The notes beneath the pieces were generated by a model. It did no database searches, was not told the origin of the DNA, and saw only the letters and a list, made by a program, of their open reading frames with translations. A program made the translations under genes and the position numbers. This document shows, piece by piece, positions 12,470-25,032 of a stretch of 64,000 nt of DNA. The stretch comes from Leucoraja ocellata (Eukaryota), in NCBI GenBank assembly GCA_036785375.1, contig JAWMAR010000201.1, positions 1-64,000 on the forward strand, in the 5' to 3' direction. How positions within the stretch are numbered: position 1 is the first letter of the stretch; the number at the start of each line of letters is the position of its first letter.

Positions 12470-12615
12470 GAGACAAGTCAGTGTACAGATATCTCCCCCG
12501 AGAGAGAAGGATTGTGATACACTAGTCAGTGTACAGATATCCCTCTGAGCAAGAGGGACTGCGATACTCCAGTCAGTAAAGTTATCTCCCTTGAGAGAGA
12601 GGGACAGAGATATAT
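12455..12615 (+). repeat. Degenerate ~50 bp tandem repeat (gagagggactgagacac..agtcagtgtacagatat), resuming at ~14680-14830
   Basis: Three to four visible units here and similar units at 14680-14830. Confidence 0.55.
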
Positions 12616-12930
12616 CATAGTGTCATCAGGTCATAGACACGTACAGCAGAGGAACAGGCCTTCTTAATGCTGACATGCCTCAGAATGATGAAGACCCGCA
12701 TGCCAAAAGCCCTCTCACCACCCCGCAAACTGTGGTGCTACTTTGTACCACTAGGTTCCTCATTCTACAGTGCCTCCTAGAGCCCTTCTTTTTACTGTGA
12801 ATGTCCTACAGTACTTGATGTTACAAATGCAAAACCTTCCACTTAACTGAATTAAATTCCATTTGCCATTTTCAGCCCACCTACCCAGCTGTGCAGGATC
12901 AAATGTTGTTGATAACTTCTTCAATGTCCA

Positions 12931-13593
12931 TGATGCGAATGGTATGTTAGCTTTCATTGCAAAAGGATTTGAGTATAGGAGCAGGGAGGTTCTACTGCAG
13001 TTGTACAGGGTCTTGATGAGACCACACCTGGAGTATTGCGTACAGTTTTGGTCTCCTAATCTGAGGAAGGACATTATTGCCATAGAGGGAGTGCAGAGAA
13101 GGTTCACCAGATTGATTCCTGGATGTCAGGACTGTCTTATGAAGAAAGACTGGATAGACTTGGTTTATACTCTCTAGAATTTAGGAGATTGAGAGGGGAT
13201 CTTATAGAAACTTACAAAATTCTTAAGGGGTCGGACAGGCTAGATGCAGGAAGATTGTTCCCGATGTTGGGGAAGTCCAGGACAAGGGGTCACAGCTTAA
13301 GGATAAGGGGGAAATCCTTTAAAACCGAGATGAGAAGAACTTTTTTCACACAGAGAGTGGTGAATCTCTGGAACTCTCTGCCACAGAGGGTAGTTGAGGC
13401 CAGTTCATTGGCTATATTTAAGAGGGAGTTAGATGTGGCCCTTGTGGCTAAGGGGATCAGGGGGTATGGAGAGAAGGCAGGTACGGGATACTGAGTTGGA
13501 TGATCAGCCATGATCATATTGAATGGCGGTGCAGGCTCGAAGGGCCGAATGGCCTACTCCTGCACCTAATTTCTATGTTTCTATGTTTCTATG
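12931..13593 (+). mobile_element. Young CR1 LINE 3' fragment nested in an older minus-strand CR1 (~12660-14350)
   Basis: ANGMLAFIAKGFEYRS...RPHLEYCVQFW...GYGEKAGTGY*, (CTATGTTT)n tail. Confidence 0.9.
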
Positions 13594-15029
13594 CCACTAT
13601 TTTAGTATCATCTGCAAACTTACTAACTGTGCCTTGACCATTCTCATCCAAATCCTTGATAGACACCAACGGACCCAGCATCGACCCTTAAGGCACACCA
13701 CTAGTCACGGGCCTCCAGTCTGAAACAAACTTCCACCATCGTTGTTTCCTACCGTAAAGCCAATTAGTTATCCAAATAGCTCCCTGGATTCCATGCGATT
13801 TAACCTTCCTGAGATGTGGAACCTGATCAAAGCCTTGCTGAAATCCATAAAAACCCCATCTATCATCCTGCCCTAATTTACCGTTATGTCCTCCAAAATC
13901 AATTAAATTCACGAGACACACGATTTCCCATTCAAATAGACATGCTGACAATCACTAATCAACCCATCTTTCCAAATAAATATATGTCTTAATCCTCTGA
14001 ATCCCCTCCAGTATCTTACCAGTAACTAGATGTAAGGCTTACTATATACGTCCCAGCATTTTCTTAAAGAAAGGCACAACATCAACCACTATTCGATCTT
14101 CTGGTACCTCACCCATGTATCTCAGCCAGGGATCCCATAAATTCTTCTCTCACTTCCTGTAGTGTTCTTGGGTAAACCTGATCAGACCATGGAACTTTAT
14201 CTACCTTCATATGATATAGCATGTTCAGCACCTCCTCTACTGTAAGCGGACTATCCCCAAGACATCTCCATTAACCTTTACAAATAACCTAGTCTTTACA
14301 TCTTGTAAAAAAATAGGAGAAATATTCATGGAGGACCTTTCTCATCTCCTGTGGCTCCAGAGACAGACATGAGGCAGTGTACAGATACAGGTGCTAGACC
14401 TCCTTGCGTTTCAAATGCCCAACAAAGACAGCCCATTAGTGAGACCGCCGGGGTAGATGAAGATGGATTTGTCGGCTACTGCAGGCATCTTCTGCCGGGT
14501 GGGCATAGGACATCCCCACATTCCCTCTGAAGGAAACTAGTGGCCATTCATCCCATGCCTTCTAGCTCTCCAGTCACAGCTGTTTCTCTTCCACACACCA
14601 TTGATGATAATTGCCAACCTACAGAGTTCTGAGGAACGGAATCTGTGGTAACCTGGGGACTCGTGTAGATGCTCCTGGAGAGAGGGATTGAGGGACACCC
14701 ATCAGTGTTCATATATCACCTTGAGAGAGAGGGACTGAGACACAACAGTCAGTGTACAGATATTCCCTGAGTGAAAGGGACTAAGAGACAGTGCACAAAT
14801 ATCATCCAAAAGGAGAGAGAGGGACAATAGTCTTACTCCTTTTAAGGTGGTTGTGATAATGAGCAGCAATTGGGCTGTGTTCGAAGTGGGAAGAGAGATG
14901 ATGAGAGCAACTAGACCAAGGAGAAACTCATTGGTGCCCCTGAAGTGGGAGCCTCAGGACTGTTTTCTTGCTGCCTGTCCTTCCTCCAGCCATTCTGCTG
15001 CACTCTGCTTTTCTTTGTGGCTTCTCATA

Positions 15030-15225
15030 TGAACCTGCCTCCTCCCACAGTGGCTTCCTGTCCATCTCTCGATTGCCTACTTACTTACACGGAACAAGCA
15101 GAGTAGGAAGGGCGTTGAAAGTCTCCCTCTGTCCTCTCTCCCAATGCTTAACTGAACCCCATCCCTTCCTCATTGTGTCTGTCGTGGAAGGTCAGGTGTG
15201 CCCTCACACTGGTTCCTAGATACTG
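15030..15225 (+). promoter_or_regulatory. Putative promoter/5' UTR of gene B, paralogous to that of gene A
   Basis: Aligns with 2510-2754; GCTTCCTG ETS-like core retained. Confidence 0.5.
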
Positions 15226-15280
15226 ATGGATATCAGGTGCCTGCTCAGCTGCTTCTGGCTGTCTCTCCCCGTCTCAATCC
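15226..15280 (+). CDS. SLAM-like gene B exon 1, signal peptide MDIRCLLSCFWLSLPVSI
   Basis: ATG 15226, 55 nt, phase-1 donor C|GTGAGT, in frame with the V exon at 20913. Confidence 0.85.
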
Positions 15281-15974
15281 GTGAGTTTATTCTGAATTAC
15301 TTATTGTGGTTCACTTCCCCCTCTGGGGACTGCTTTTGGTTTTGCAGACTGGAAACTCGAAACTTCTCGGCAAGTCAAGCCCGGTTTATTGTCATAGGTA
15401 TGGGCAGGTATGGTACGTGGTGCGAAAGATTGGGGTGGGAGAATTGGGTTTCACTGGCATCAGTATTGGGGAAGGAGGGAGCTGTTCCCATGGGACGGAA
15501 TCCACGTGAACTATGATGAGACCAGGATCCTGTGGAACTGCTTAAACAGGGCTGTAGAGAGGGCTTTAAACTAAACTGGGGGAGTGGGCTCAACAAATTT
15601 GAAATGTATAAATGAAGTTGCCCAGGAGGGCCCAAGAGAGGCTACTCAGAGGACGTCCAGAACAAGTAACAGGACAGAAAGTTTATAAAGGGATAAGAGT
15701 CCATGTTCAGGTAAAATGAGGACCAATGTGAGAATAGGGGTGGTGACCACAGAACCAAAGGTCTTAAATTTGAATGCATGCAGTAAATATAAGATCGATG
15801 AGCAGGCAGCATAATTAGAAATTGGTATTTATGACATTGTGGGCATCACAGACATGTGGTTGAAAGAGGGTCAGAGCTGGGAGCTAAACATCCAAGGATC
15901 CACACCCTATTGAAAAGACAGGCAGGTGGGCAGAATTGGTAGCTCACTATGTTGTCTTCGAAAGCTGGCATCAG

Positions 15975-16231
15975 TCTCATTTAGACCCATATATCGCCCG
16001 GCGTGACCTTAAATGGCCGTGGGACTTACCGTCGCCCGCCTGGGGCCTCAACATCGGGAGAAAAATGGTGCACAGGAGAGAAAAGACCTTGATGGATGTT
16101 TGTGTGAATTGAATTGTTTGTGTGTCTTGTAGGAATTGTTTTGTTGGTATGGCTGTAGAAACGCAGTTTCGTTTGAGCCTCACTGAGGTTCAAATGAGAT
16201 GGAATAAATATTGAATTGAATTGAATTGAAA
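15975..16231 (+). mobile_element. Short retroposon 3' end with (ATTGA)n tail
   Basis: aataaatattgaattgaattgaattgaa tail. Confidence 0.5.
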
Positions 16232-18034
16232 TGGATGCTTACAGTTTCTGAACCCTTCCATAAGCTAGGGAACTCTCTTTTCACCTCTACCACATGGCCG
16301 TGATTGGACTTTGTATATGGAACTGGTGTGCTACAATGCTGAGAAATATATTCTGCACTTTGTTTCTGTCGCTTTGTTCGACCTATTGTACTTGTGTTTG
16401 GCTTTGTTGTATTTCTGTATAGTTTGTATATCAAACAAAGCTTTTCATTGTACTAGGTACACATGACAATAATAAACCTAAACCGAAACCAAAAGTCTGC
16501 CCATTACCTTTCCATCCCTCTACTAGGAGAAGGTGTTTGACAGAATAGATCACAGCTAACTTCTTGGAACCCTGCACGCCATTGGGCTTAGGCGACATTG
16601 TGTGGCCAGACTCCTCGGTCTTTAGTACATAGCCACAGGATGCCTGGTGAAGGTATACGTATTTGTCCTTGACGGTGTACCTTCACTTTGGAGTGAAGTA
16701 CATTGAGGATGCTCCAGTAATTACAACCCTAACATCAGAGGTAGGGGAGTTATTGGAAGAAAATAAGACATGATTAATCACTTTGAAAGGCAAAGATTAG
16801 CCAAAGATTGTCAGCTTGGTTTTATTCCACTGTGACCTATTAGGAAGTGGTGACAATATGTATTAATTAGGGCATATAATCCACCTGCATACCTATAAGA
16901 TCTTTGACATTGGAGACTAGACAAAAGGTAAAGATCCACAGGACCCAGAGCAAGTTGACATTGGCTCGATAATAGGAAGCAGAATGATGGTGGAAGGTTG
17001 CTTCAGTGATCGACAGATTACAACCAACGATGTCCCATAGAGATCTGTGCTGTGACCCATAAAGTTTATTGACACAGATAACACAAACATTGGCTATTTT
17101 GTTGACATAAAGGACAACAGTTATAGACTACAGGATGATATTGATGAGCTATTAAAATGGACAGAACAATGACAGATGGAATGTATACGGATAAAGATGA
17201 CCCGAAACATCATCCATTCCTTCTAACCAGAGATGCTGCCTGTCCCGCTGTTACTCCAGCATTTTGTGTCTATCTTATAGGGAAACACAACTCTGGGTTC
17301 ACACCTTCCATCCTCCCCCCTCTAAACCTTCCCAGTGCCAGTAAATGTCTGGCCTTGTTCTCCGCTTCTGATATGCGAAATGCACCATCCCATTTACTCT
17401 GTTCAGGTCCCTCATCACTTCATACCCCCTCGATCGTCCCCCTCAGCAACCTCTGTTCCACGGCAAACAACCTCAGTCTCTAGTTTTTCCTCACAGCGAC
17501 AGTTCCAGTCCCAGCAACGTCCTGGTAAATCTCCCTGCAGTTTCTCTAGTGTGACCTGTCTCTCCTGGGTGGTGGTGCCCAGAACTGTCTGCAGGGTCAG
17601 GCTGGGTCTAACTACTGTTGGGCACAGTTACACCATCTCCAGTTCTTACATGGTCTCTGAGCCTCGACTAAAGGAAAGCAGCCCGTCTGCCTATTGGCCT
17701 GTACCTCGATCTTCATGGATCTTTACACACCAAGTGCCCGCTCCCAGTTCCTTCTGCTCCCCACACCGCCCACCCCCTTTCTTTTACTCTGTATTCACCA
17801 CGTGCACCCTTCTCCGGACTGGGTCCCATTTGCCGTGTCTGTGTCTCGTTACCCATGCATCGAAATCGGGCTGCAGGCTGTAACTTCCTTCCTCAGCCCT
17901 GGGTGCAGAGTCTTCACTCTGTTTTCATCGTGGGCTCACTGTCTCAATTTATCACATTTGAGCATTGAAGAATACATGGAGCAGAATTCCTGCTGGCGAG
18001 CACATATTTCACAGGGCAACAGGAGGAACGCACC

Positions 18035-19181
18035 CAGGGCCGGATTTAGATGAAGAGAGGCCCTAAGCTATTTCACTTGTGAGTCCCCTCCCAATCCCCC
18101 ACCCCCATGACTAGAGGACCATGACTACCCGACAGTGACAGTGACACTTTTAGATCCTACTGTATGCTGTCATTAAACAGTTGGTTTTAAAATACATATT
18201 GGATTCACCACAGAGCGAGCGATGCGTTACCTGGATCGCCGTTTGAAGCTCTGGAGTGTTGGGCCTGCTGCTTCAACATCATGGAGCTGTGGTTTGCAGA
18301 GCTCCCAGCCTCGGGCTGCACTGATTTTAATATCACGGAGCCCTGGGAACCCTTTGCCGAGGGCCACCAGCGTAAATCTCCACCCAGCTCAGCCTGTAGA
18401 CTTCGGTCTCTAGTAGGAAGTGGCCCATTCCGAAATCCAAGCCACTGTGAATGGTCTCCCGTTCCGACGTCGGATGTTGACCCCCAAATTTCATTTTAGC
18501 AATCGCGATGAGGAGGGTCCAAGAGGAGGAGATCCGTTGGAGACGGGAAAAGGGATCGTCAATGGGGGGGCTCCAATGCTACAAATCGCGGTGGGCGCGG
18601 AACTCATTGAGGTGGGGATGGAGGGGTACAAAGGTGAGACCTCTGCTGAGGACAGACCGTTCAGTATCAGAGAGGGGGAGGTCAGGGGGATGGTGAACAC
18701 ACGGCAGGGATGGGGGTTGGGGCCGGAAGGCAGGTGAGTGGACTGAGGCCGAGGCGATGTCTGGTGGGGGGGTGGTCAGGGGCTAGGGGGGAACGAGGAA
18801 TGCAGTGTGGGTGGGGAAGAGCTGGGATCACATGGTTTGAGGGGAATGGGGAAGACCCAGTGGAACAGCCACTGAGGTTACCAGGGTTGGGGGGACTAGC
18901 ACTAGGATCCAGCGCAGTCAAACCCAGGGTAGTGGGAGTCTGCAGCGTGGTACCTCAGGCCTGGCACTGAGTCCAGGCTGCAGGTAAGGCGACGGCTGCG
19001 GGCTGCTGGAGGGCGGTGGAGTGGCCAGGGTCAGCGGGCAAAGAGTACGAGGTTCCGGGGGGCGGATGGTCAGTGAGGCGGCGAGGTTCGACTGGTCCGG
19101 TGAGGCAGTGAGGTGAATAGGCCCCCTAGTTCTCGAGGCCCTAAGTTTAAGCTTGTCTAGCTTATACGTAATCAGGCCCTG
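18035..19181. mobile_element. Non-autonomous hAT-like DNA transposon, 1147 bp
   Basis: TIRs CAGGGCCGGATT / AATCAGGCCCTG; 8-bp TSD AACGCACC/AACGCATC; empty site visible in paralogous copies at ~20346 and ~50305. Confidence 0.85.
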
Positions 19182-19397
19182 AACGCATCAATAGCATTAC
19201 ATGGCAGAATGACACCTATGCCCAGCCCATGCAGAAGTAAATATGACAACCTTTCCCTCTGCTGATACAAGAATGGCTCCAGGCAAAGGGAATGCAGCTG
19301 GTAGGACGTAGGCATCCTTGATGTATTCCTGTCTGAAAGTGAAGCGCGCTGTCCATCCACATCCTGAAGGTGTGCAGATTTGTACGTTCATTGGCCT

Positions 19398-21343
19398 CGG
19401 TCGATGATGGCACCGACTGACCTATGAGGACAGACACGTGGAAGTGTGGACGTCACTGCCGAGGGAATTAACAAAGAACGACCTGGCATGAGGGGACCTC
19501 CATGAGGGAGGGGGAAGAACAATGGGACCCGGCGTTGGGGGAAAGGGCTTGGCATGAGGGACAGGGCAGAACGATGGATATTGCAGAACCTGCCGTGAGG
19601 GGGGAGAAAAACGGGAACCTGGTGAGGGAGAACTTTGTAACTTTGTAAGCACCTTTTAGTGGCGACTATTTGCATACCTTGGTTGGGCAAGCAAACAATT
19701 TCACTGTGACTCGTCACGTCTGACAATAAAGTGTTCAATTCAATTCAATTCACAATATTCCAAATGTGGCCGGACCAACGCCTTGTAGAGCCTCAGCAGT
19801 CCATCCCTGTTTATGTGTACGACCCCTCATGAAATAAATACTAGCATTGCATTTGAATTCTTTACTGCCGATTCAACTTGCAGATTAACTTTTTGGGAAT
19901 ATTTCACCAGCACTCCAAAGTCCCTTTGCACCTCCGATTTCTGGATTCTCTCCACATTTAGAAAATAGTCTACACCTTAATTACACTATATTCCATCTTC
20001 CACTTCTCTGCCCACTCTCCCTACCTTTCCTAATCCTTCTGCAGAGTCCCAGCTTTCTCTACATTACCGGCCCCTCCACCTATTTTTCACATCCACAAAC
20101 TTGGCCACAAAGCCTTCAATCCCTACATCCAAATCATAGCTGAATGGTAACTGTCACCTCCAGTTGCTGCCAATTTGTTGGCAGCCTTCCAATTACTAGA
20201 GGAGGTGGGTGTTGCTTTATGTTTTCTCTGCCAGATACTTGACCACTCACTGACTTGCTTGGATCCCATAACATTTCTCACATTTGCGCATTGAGTAATA
20301 CATGGAGCAGAATACCTGCTGGCAAGCACATAGGTCAACAGGAGGAACGCATCAATAGCATTACATGGTAGAATGACACCTATGCCTGGCCCATACAGAA
20401 CCAAATATGACAACCTTTCCCTCTGATGACACACGAATGGCTGCGGGCAAAGGGAATGCAACGGGCTGACATGGGGCATCCATGATGCATTCCTGTTTCA
20501 AAGTGAAGCACGCTGTCCATCCACATCCTGAAGGTGTGCAGATTTGTACGTTCATTGGCCTCCGTAAAATTGCTCCTAATGTTCAGGCAGTGGATGGGCA
20601 AGTGAGATTGTATAGAACTCGTGTGAATGACTGATCGATGGACGGCATTAACTCGATGGGCCAAAGGGTCTGTTTCCATGGTGTAAAAAAGTAAAGGGTG
20701 CTTTCAGGAGCCCGTTTACAATCACCAACAGAATATGCACCCTGTTCCCTCCGTGGGCTCACTGATGCAGGGACTGTGGGCTGGGTATCTCACGGAGCCG
20801 GGAGCCAGACGATGGGCCGCATGGCCTGCTCATGTGCTCTGTGATTCTCCCAGCTCCGTTTCCTCCTCCAGTCACTGAGCTCTCCTACTGACTGCCTCTC
20901 TTGTCTCCACAGCTGGGACTGGGGCCGCCGCTGGCACCGTGACCGGAGCTCGGGGACACTCCGTCTCCTTACCTGCTGGGATCACAGTCGCACCGGACAT
21001 TACGGATGTGGTGTGGAAGCGGAAATCGCCCAGATTCAGGATAGCGGTATACGCGAATGAGAAGATGAATTACTTTAACACTAATTACACGGGACGGGTA
21101 ACTCTTCACCGCAGGAACTTCAGTTTGGAAATCCGTGATCTACGGGGAGAGGACGCGGGTGAATATGAGGTGACTTTTGTAATGAGTTCAGGAGATGAAA
21201 CTCACGCAAGAGTCCGACTGGAGGTGTACGGTGAGTGAGACTGCCACAAAGGTCCCGGGTTTCACCAGCTCCTGAACCCATCTAATTAACAGGCGGGGCA
21301 GATCCTGTGCATTCCCCAATTTACTGAACCCCACTGACTGCCA
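19398..21343. repeat. Inverted segmental duplication copy 1 (intron + V exon), partner ~49311-51260
   Basis: ~2 kb colinear reverse-complement match, including shared TE insertions. Confidence 0.92.
20913..21230 (+). CDS. Gene B exon 2, Cys-less IgV domain (GTGAAAGTVTGARGHSVSL...VVWKRK...SLEIRDLRGEDAGEYEV...RLEVY)
   Basis: Acceptor tcttgtctccacag, 318 nt phase 1-1, donor G|GTGAGT. Confidence 0.92.
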
Positions 21344-22039
21344 TCAATCTCCCATGTGCTCTGCTCTCCAGCAAGTGATGTCTTGTCTGTGCTGCTTACG
21401 GTGGCTCAGCTACGCGAATGTGACTGCAATTTTACCCACTCCTGTCCCCGACACCTTTCATGATGTTAACTTGTAGGAATGGTTTGAAGAGTATGTACAT
21501 CCCGACATGAATAAATAGAGATAACTGTGTGATGGCTGGGGTTGTTGGCCCTTCAGCCATTGTCGCGGCCTCCAAGATATCAGGAAAGCCTGTGTTCCCC
21601 CTGAAGATCGTGCCTGGCCCCGAATGAGGAGGTCGCGAATGGTGAAGTTTTCCTGCCACTGGGCTTACAATGTTCCAACGGGATTTAGGGGGAGAATGCA
21701 GAAGAATGGCGTTAAAAGGGAAATATAGATTAGCCATGTTTGAATGGTGGAATAGACGATGGGCCGAATGGCCTAAGTCTGCTCCTATCGCTTATGAACT
21801 TCTGAACATATATATATGATGGTTAATAATTTTACAACGTCCTGCTCTTCATACCTGATGAGCTCCACCTCCCCACCTGCGCCCTCTAGTGGAGGTGTGG
21901 TCAGATATCAACCCCTACCCCCCCCCCCCCCCCCCTCTATCTTTTGGAGAACATGTTGTCATGTCTTTACGACTTGGCATCAGCTGATCATGTTCATAAC
22001 TTCTAGGAGTAGGTAGGCCATTTGGCCATTCAAGTATTC

Positions 22040-23980
22040 AGGGGTGTACGTCCTATCGGAAAGACAGAAAGGTGGGCAGAGGGGGTGGGGTAGCTCTGTT
22101 AGTTAGTTATTTACAGGACCCCAAACATTAGCCAGGATATAGGGTACAAGTTACATCAAGAGATAAAATTGGCATGCAAAAATAGACAATGCAACGGTGG
22201 TCATGGGAGATTTCAATATGCAGATAGACTGTAAAAATCAGGTTGGTACTGGACCCAAGAAAGGGAATTTGTAGAGTTCCTCCGAGATGGATTCTTGGAG
22301 CAGCTTGTACTGGAGCCTAATAGGGAAAAGGCAATTCTGGATTTAGTGTTATGTAATGAACCGGATTTGATAAGGGAACGCAAGGTATAGGAATCATTAG
22401 GAGGTAACAATCACATCATGATAAGTTTCAATTTGCAATTTGAGAGGGAGAATCGTATGTGTCAGTATTGCAGCTGAGTAACGGGGACTACAGAGGCATG
22501 AGGAAGGAGCTGGCCAAAGTTCACTGGAAAGAAACCCCAGCAGGGGTGACAGTGGAACACCAATGGCAGGAATTTCTGGGCATAATCCGGAAGATGTGGG
22601 ATCTTTTCATTCCAAAGAGGAAGAAAGGTTCTTGGGGGAGAAAGAGGTGACTGTGGCTGACAAGGGAAATCAAGGACAGTATAAAACTAAGAGAGAAGGG
22701 ATATAACATAGCAAATATTAGTGGGGGGATTGGGAAGCTTTTAAAGAACAACAGAAGAACTAAAGAGGCAATATGGGGAGAAACGATGAAATACAAAGAT
22801 AAGCTAGCCAATAATATAAAAGAGGAGAGCAAACGTTTCTTCAGTTATATAAAGAGTAAGAAATAGGCAAGAGTGGAAGTTGGGCCACTGGAGAATGATG
22901 CAGGAGTGATAATGGGGAATAAAGAAATGGCAGGGGAGTTGAATAACTTTTTTGTGTCAGTCTACACAGTGGAAGACACCAGCAACGTGCCTGAAATCAA
23001 GAGAGTCAAGGGGTAGAAGTTAGTGGAGTGGTTATTACTAGGGAGAAGGTGCTTGGGAAGCTGAAAGGGCTGAAGGTGGTTAAATCATCTGGACCAGATG
23101 GACTGTATCCTAGGCTTCTGAAAGAGGTGGCTTTAGAGATTGTGGAGGCAATGACAGTGATATTTCAAGAATCACTCGAGACAGGAGATGATTGGAAAAA
23201 TGCTCCACTGCACAAGAAGGGAGCAAATATGGAATAATAGGATCTGTAGGCTGGTTAGTCTGACCGGTGGTTGGTAAGATTTTAGTGTCTATTATAAATG
23301 ATGAGGTTCGGAGTACTTAGTTCACGATAAAATAAGCCGAAGTCAGCATGGCTTTGTAAAGGGGAGGTCTTGCTTGACAAATTTGCTGGAATTCTTTGAA
23401 GAAATAAATAGCAGGACAGACAAAGGAGAGTCAGTAGATGTTGTGTACCTAGATGTTCAGAAAGCCTTTAATAAGGTGCCACACGTGAGGCCGATAAGAA
23501 AGATGAGAGCCCATTGTATCAAAGTCCAGATACTAGCATGGATAGCAGGCTGGATGGATGGCAGAAGACAAAGAGCGGCAATAAAGGGGGCTTTTTCTAG
23601 TTGCCTGCCAGTGACTGGTGGAGTTCCACAGGGGTTGGTGCTGGGGCTGCTACTCTTCTAGTTGTATATATATAAATGATTTGGATGAGAGGATTGAAGG
23701 GTTTGTGGCCAAGTTTGCGGATGGTACGAAAATAGGTGGAAGGGCAGGTAGTGCAGAGAAAACAAGCAGACTGCAGAAGGACTTAGGATTGTGGGCAGAC
23801 AAGTGGCAGATGGAATATAGTGTCGCAAAGTGTGGAATCAAGTATTTTGGTAGTAGGAATAAAGGTGCAGACTATTTTCTAAATAGGGAGAGAATTGAGA
23901 AATCGGAGGTGCATGATGGTCGGTGTGGACTCGGTGGGCTGAAGGGCCTGTTTCTACACTGTATCTCTAAACTAAACTTC
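22040..23980 (+). mobile_element. CR1 LINE ORF2 fragment (endonuclease to RT), frameshifted
   Basis: MGDFN, LDLVL, KSSGPDGLYPRLLKE, DVVYLDVQKAF, GVPQG, AKFADGTK motifs. Confidence 0.9.
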
Positions 23981-24671
23981 TATAAGATGTATATTATACA
24001 GATCATATTCCTGCTCCAATTAATAAAGTCTTGCCTGCCCAAACTCTCCCTATAGCGTTGGCCCTCACGTCCTGGCCACATTCTTGTAAATCTTCCCTGT
24101 ACTCTTTCCAGCCGAACAGCATCCTTCCTGTAGCAGGGTGACCAAACCTGAACTCCATTAACCATTCGTCAGCTCACCTGCCCAACTAATCAAGATCCTA
24201 CTACAATAGGTGACCCAGGATCTGCACGTGCTGGATTCACTCTGGAACACAGCACGCTACCCAGTCTGGGTCTGTGTCCGTCACAGTCCCAGGGCTGCCA
24301 CTGTTGGCCAGGTTCTGGGCCGGTCTGAGTTGGGTCACACTCGAGTTTTTAAGGAACACTGGGACCACTCACAAATGACAAAAGATATGGAACTGGAGAG
24401 ATTCCCAGGGAACAGAGCCATAAACAGGACACAGTGGAGAGTTTGTGGATGAGTGCGGGTAGTGTTCGGGAAGGGGGCACATCACACGTGTGGATTTCCT
24501 CCAGCAACAACTGGCTGAACTGAATGGGGAGGGAAGAGTTAAACTGGTGGGTGGAAATGAGCTGGAATCGGCTCATTCGTGGGTCGTGGCTGTTGGAGAC
24601 GGGTTATGGGGTATCGAGGGGTTTACAAGTATCTCCTTTACTCATCTTTCTTCTCTCTGCCCCAACCTCAG

Positions 24672-24953
24672 AGCCCGTGGCAGGAACACAGATCAAGGCT
24701 AAGAACATCACTGAGATCTGCAACTTCACCCTGACCTGCTTCGTGACCTCTGGTGGCCCCATCAACTTCACGTGGTGGAGGGAAGCTGTGGGAAACGACA
24801 ACACCCATCACCTCGTGGGACATGAAAAGACAATACAGGTTCATCACACAGCAGAGGTCGGGGACGTTGTGTACAGGTGTGAGGCCACGAACCCGGTCAG
24901 TGAAGGCACGGCACAAATCCGGCTGAAGAACATCTGCAAACAGACCACATCTG
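24672..24953 (+). CDS. Gene B exon 3, SLAM-type IgC2 domain with four Cys (EPV...ICNFTLTC...W...YRCEATNPVS...IC)
   Basis: Acceptor ccaacctcag, 282 nt phase 1-1, donor G|GTGAGT; CxxxLxC...YxCxxxNPVS...C pattern of CD2/SLAM second domains. Confidence 0.92.
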
Positions 24954-25032
24954 GTGAGTGTCAGAGGGCGAATCAGGTTTGAAGAATGTGGTGGTTTAAT
25001 TGTTCATTGAGACAGTGCAGAGGGAGCTTCAC

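Noticed and set aside
20913-24953. CEACAM assignment (also Cys-less N domain and paired receptors)
   Set aside because: The four-Cys C2 pattern and the TVYAQV ITSM fit CD2/SLAM better; a phylogeny would be needed to exclude it formally
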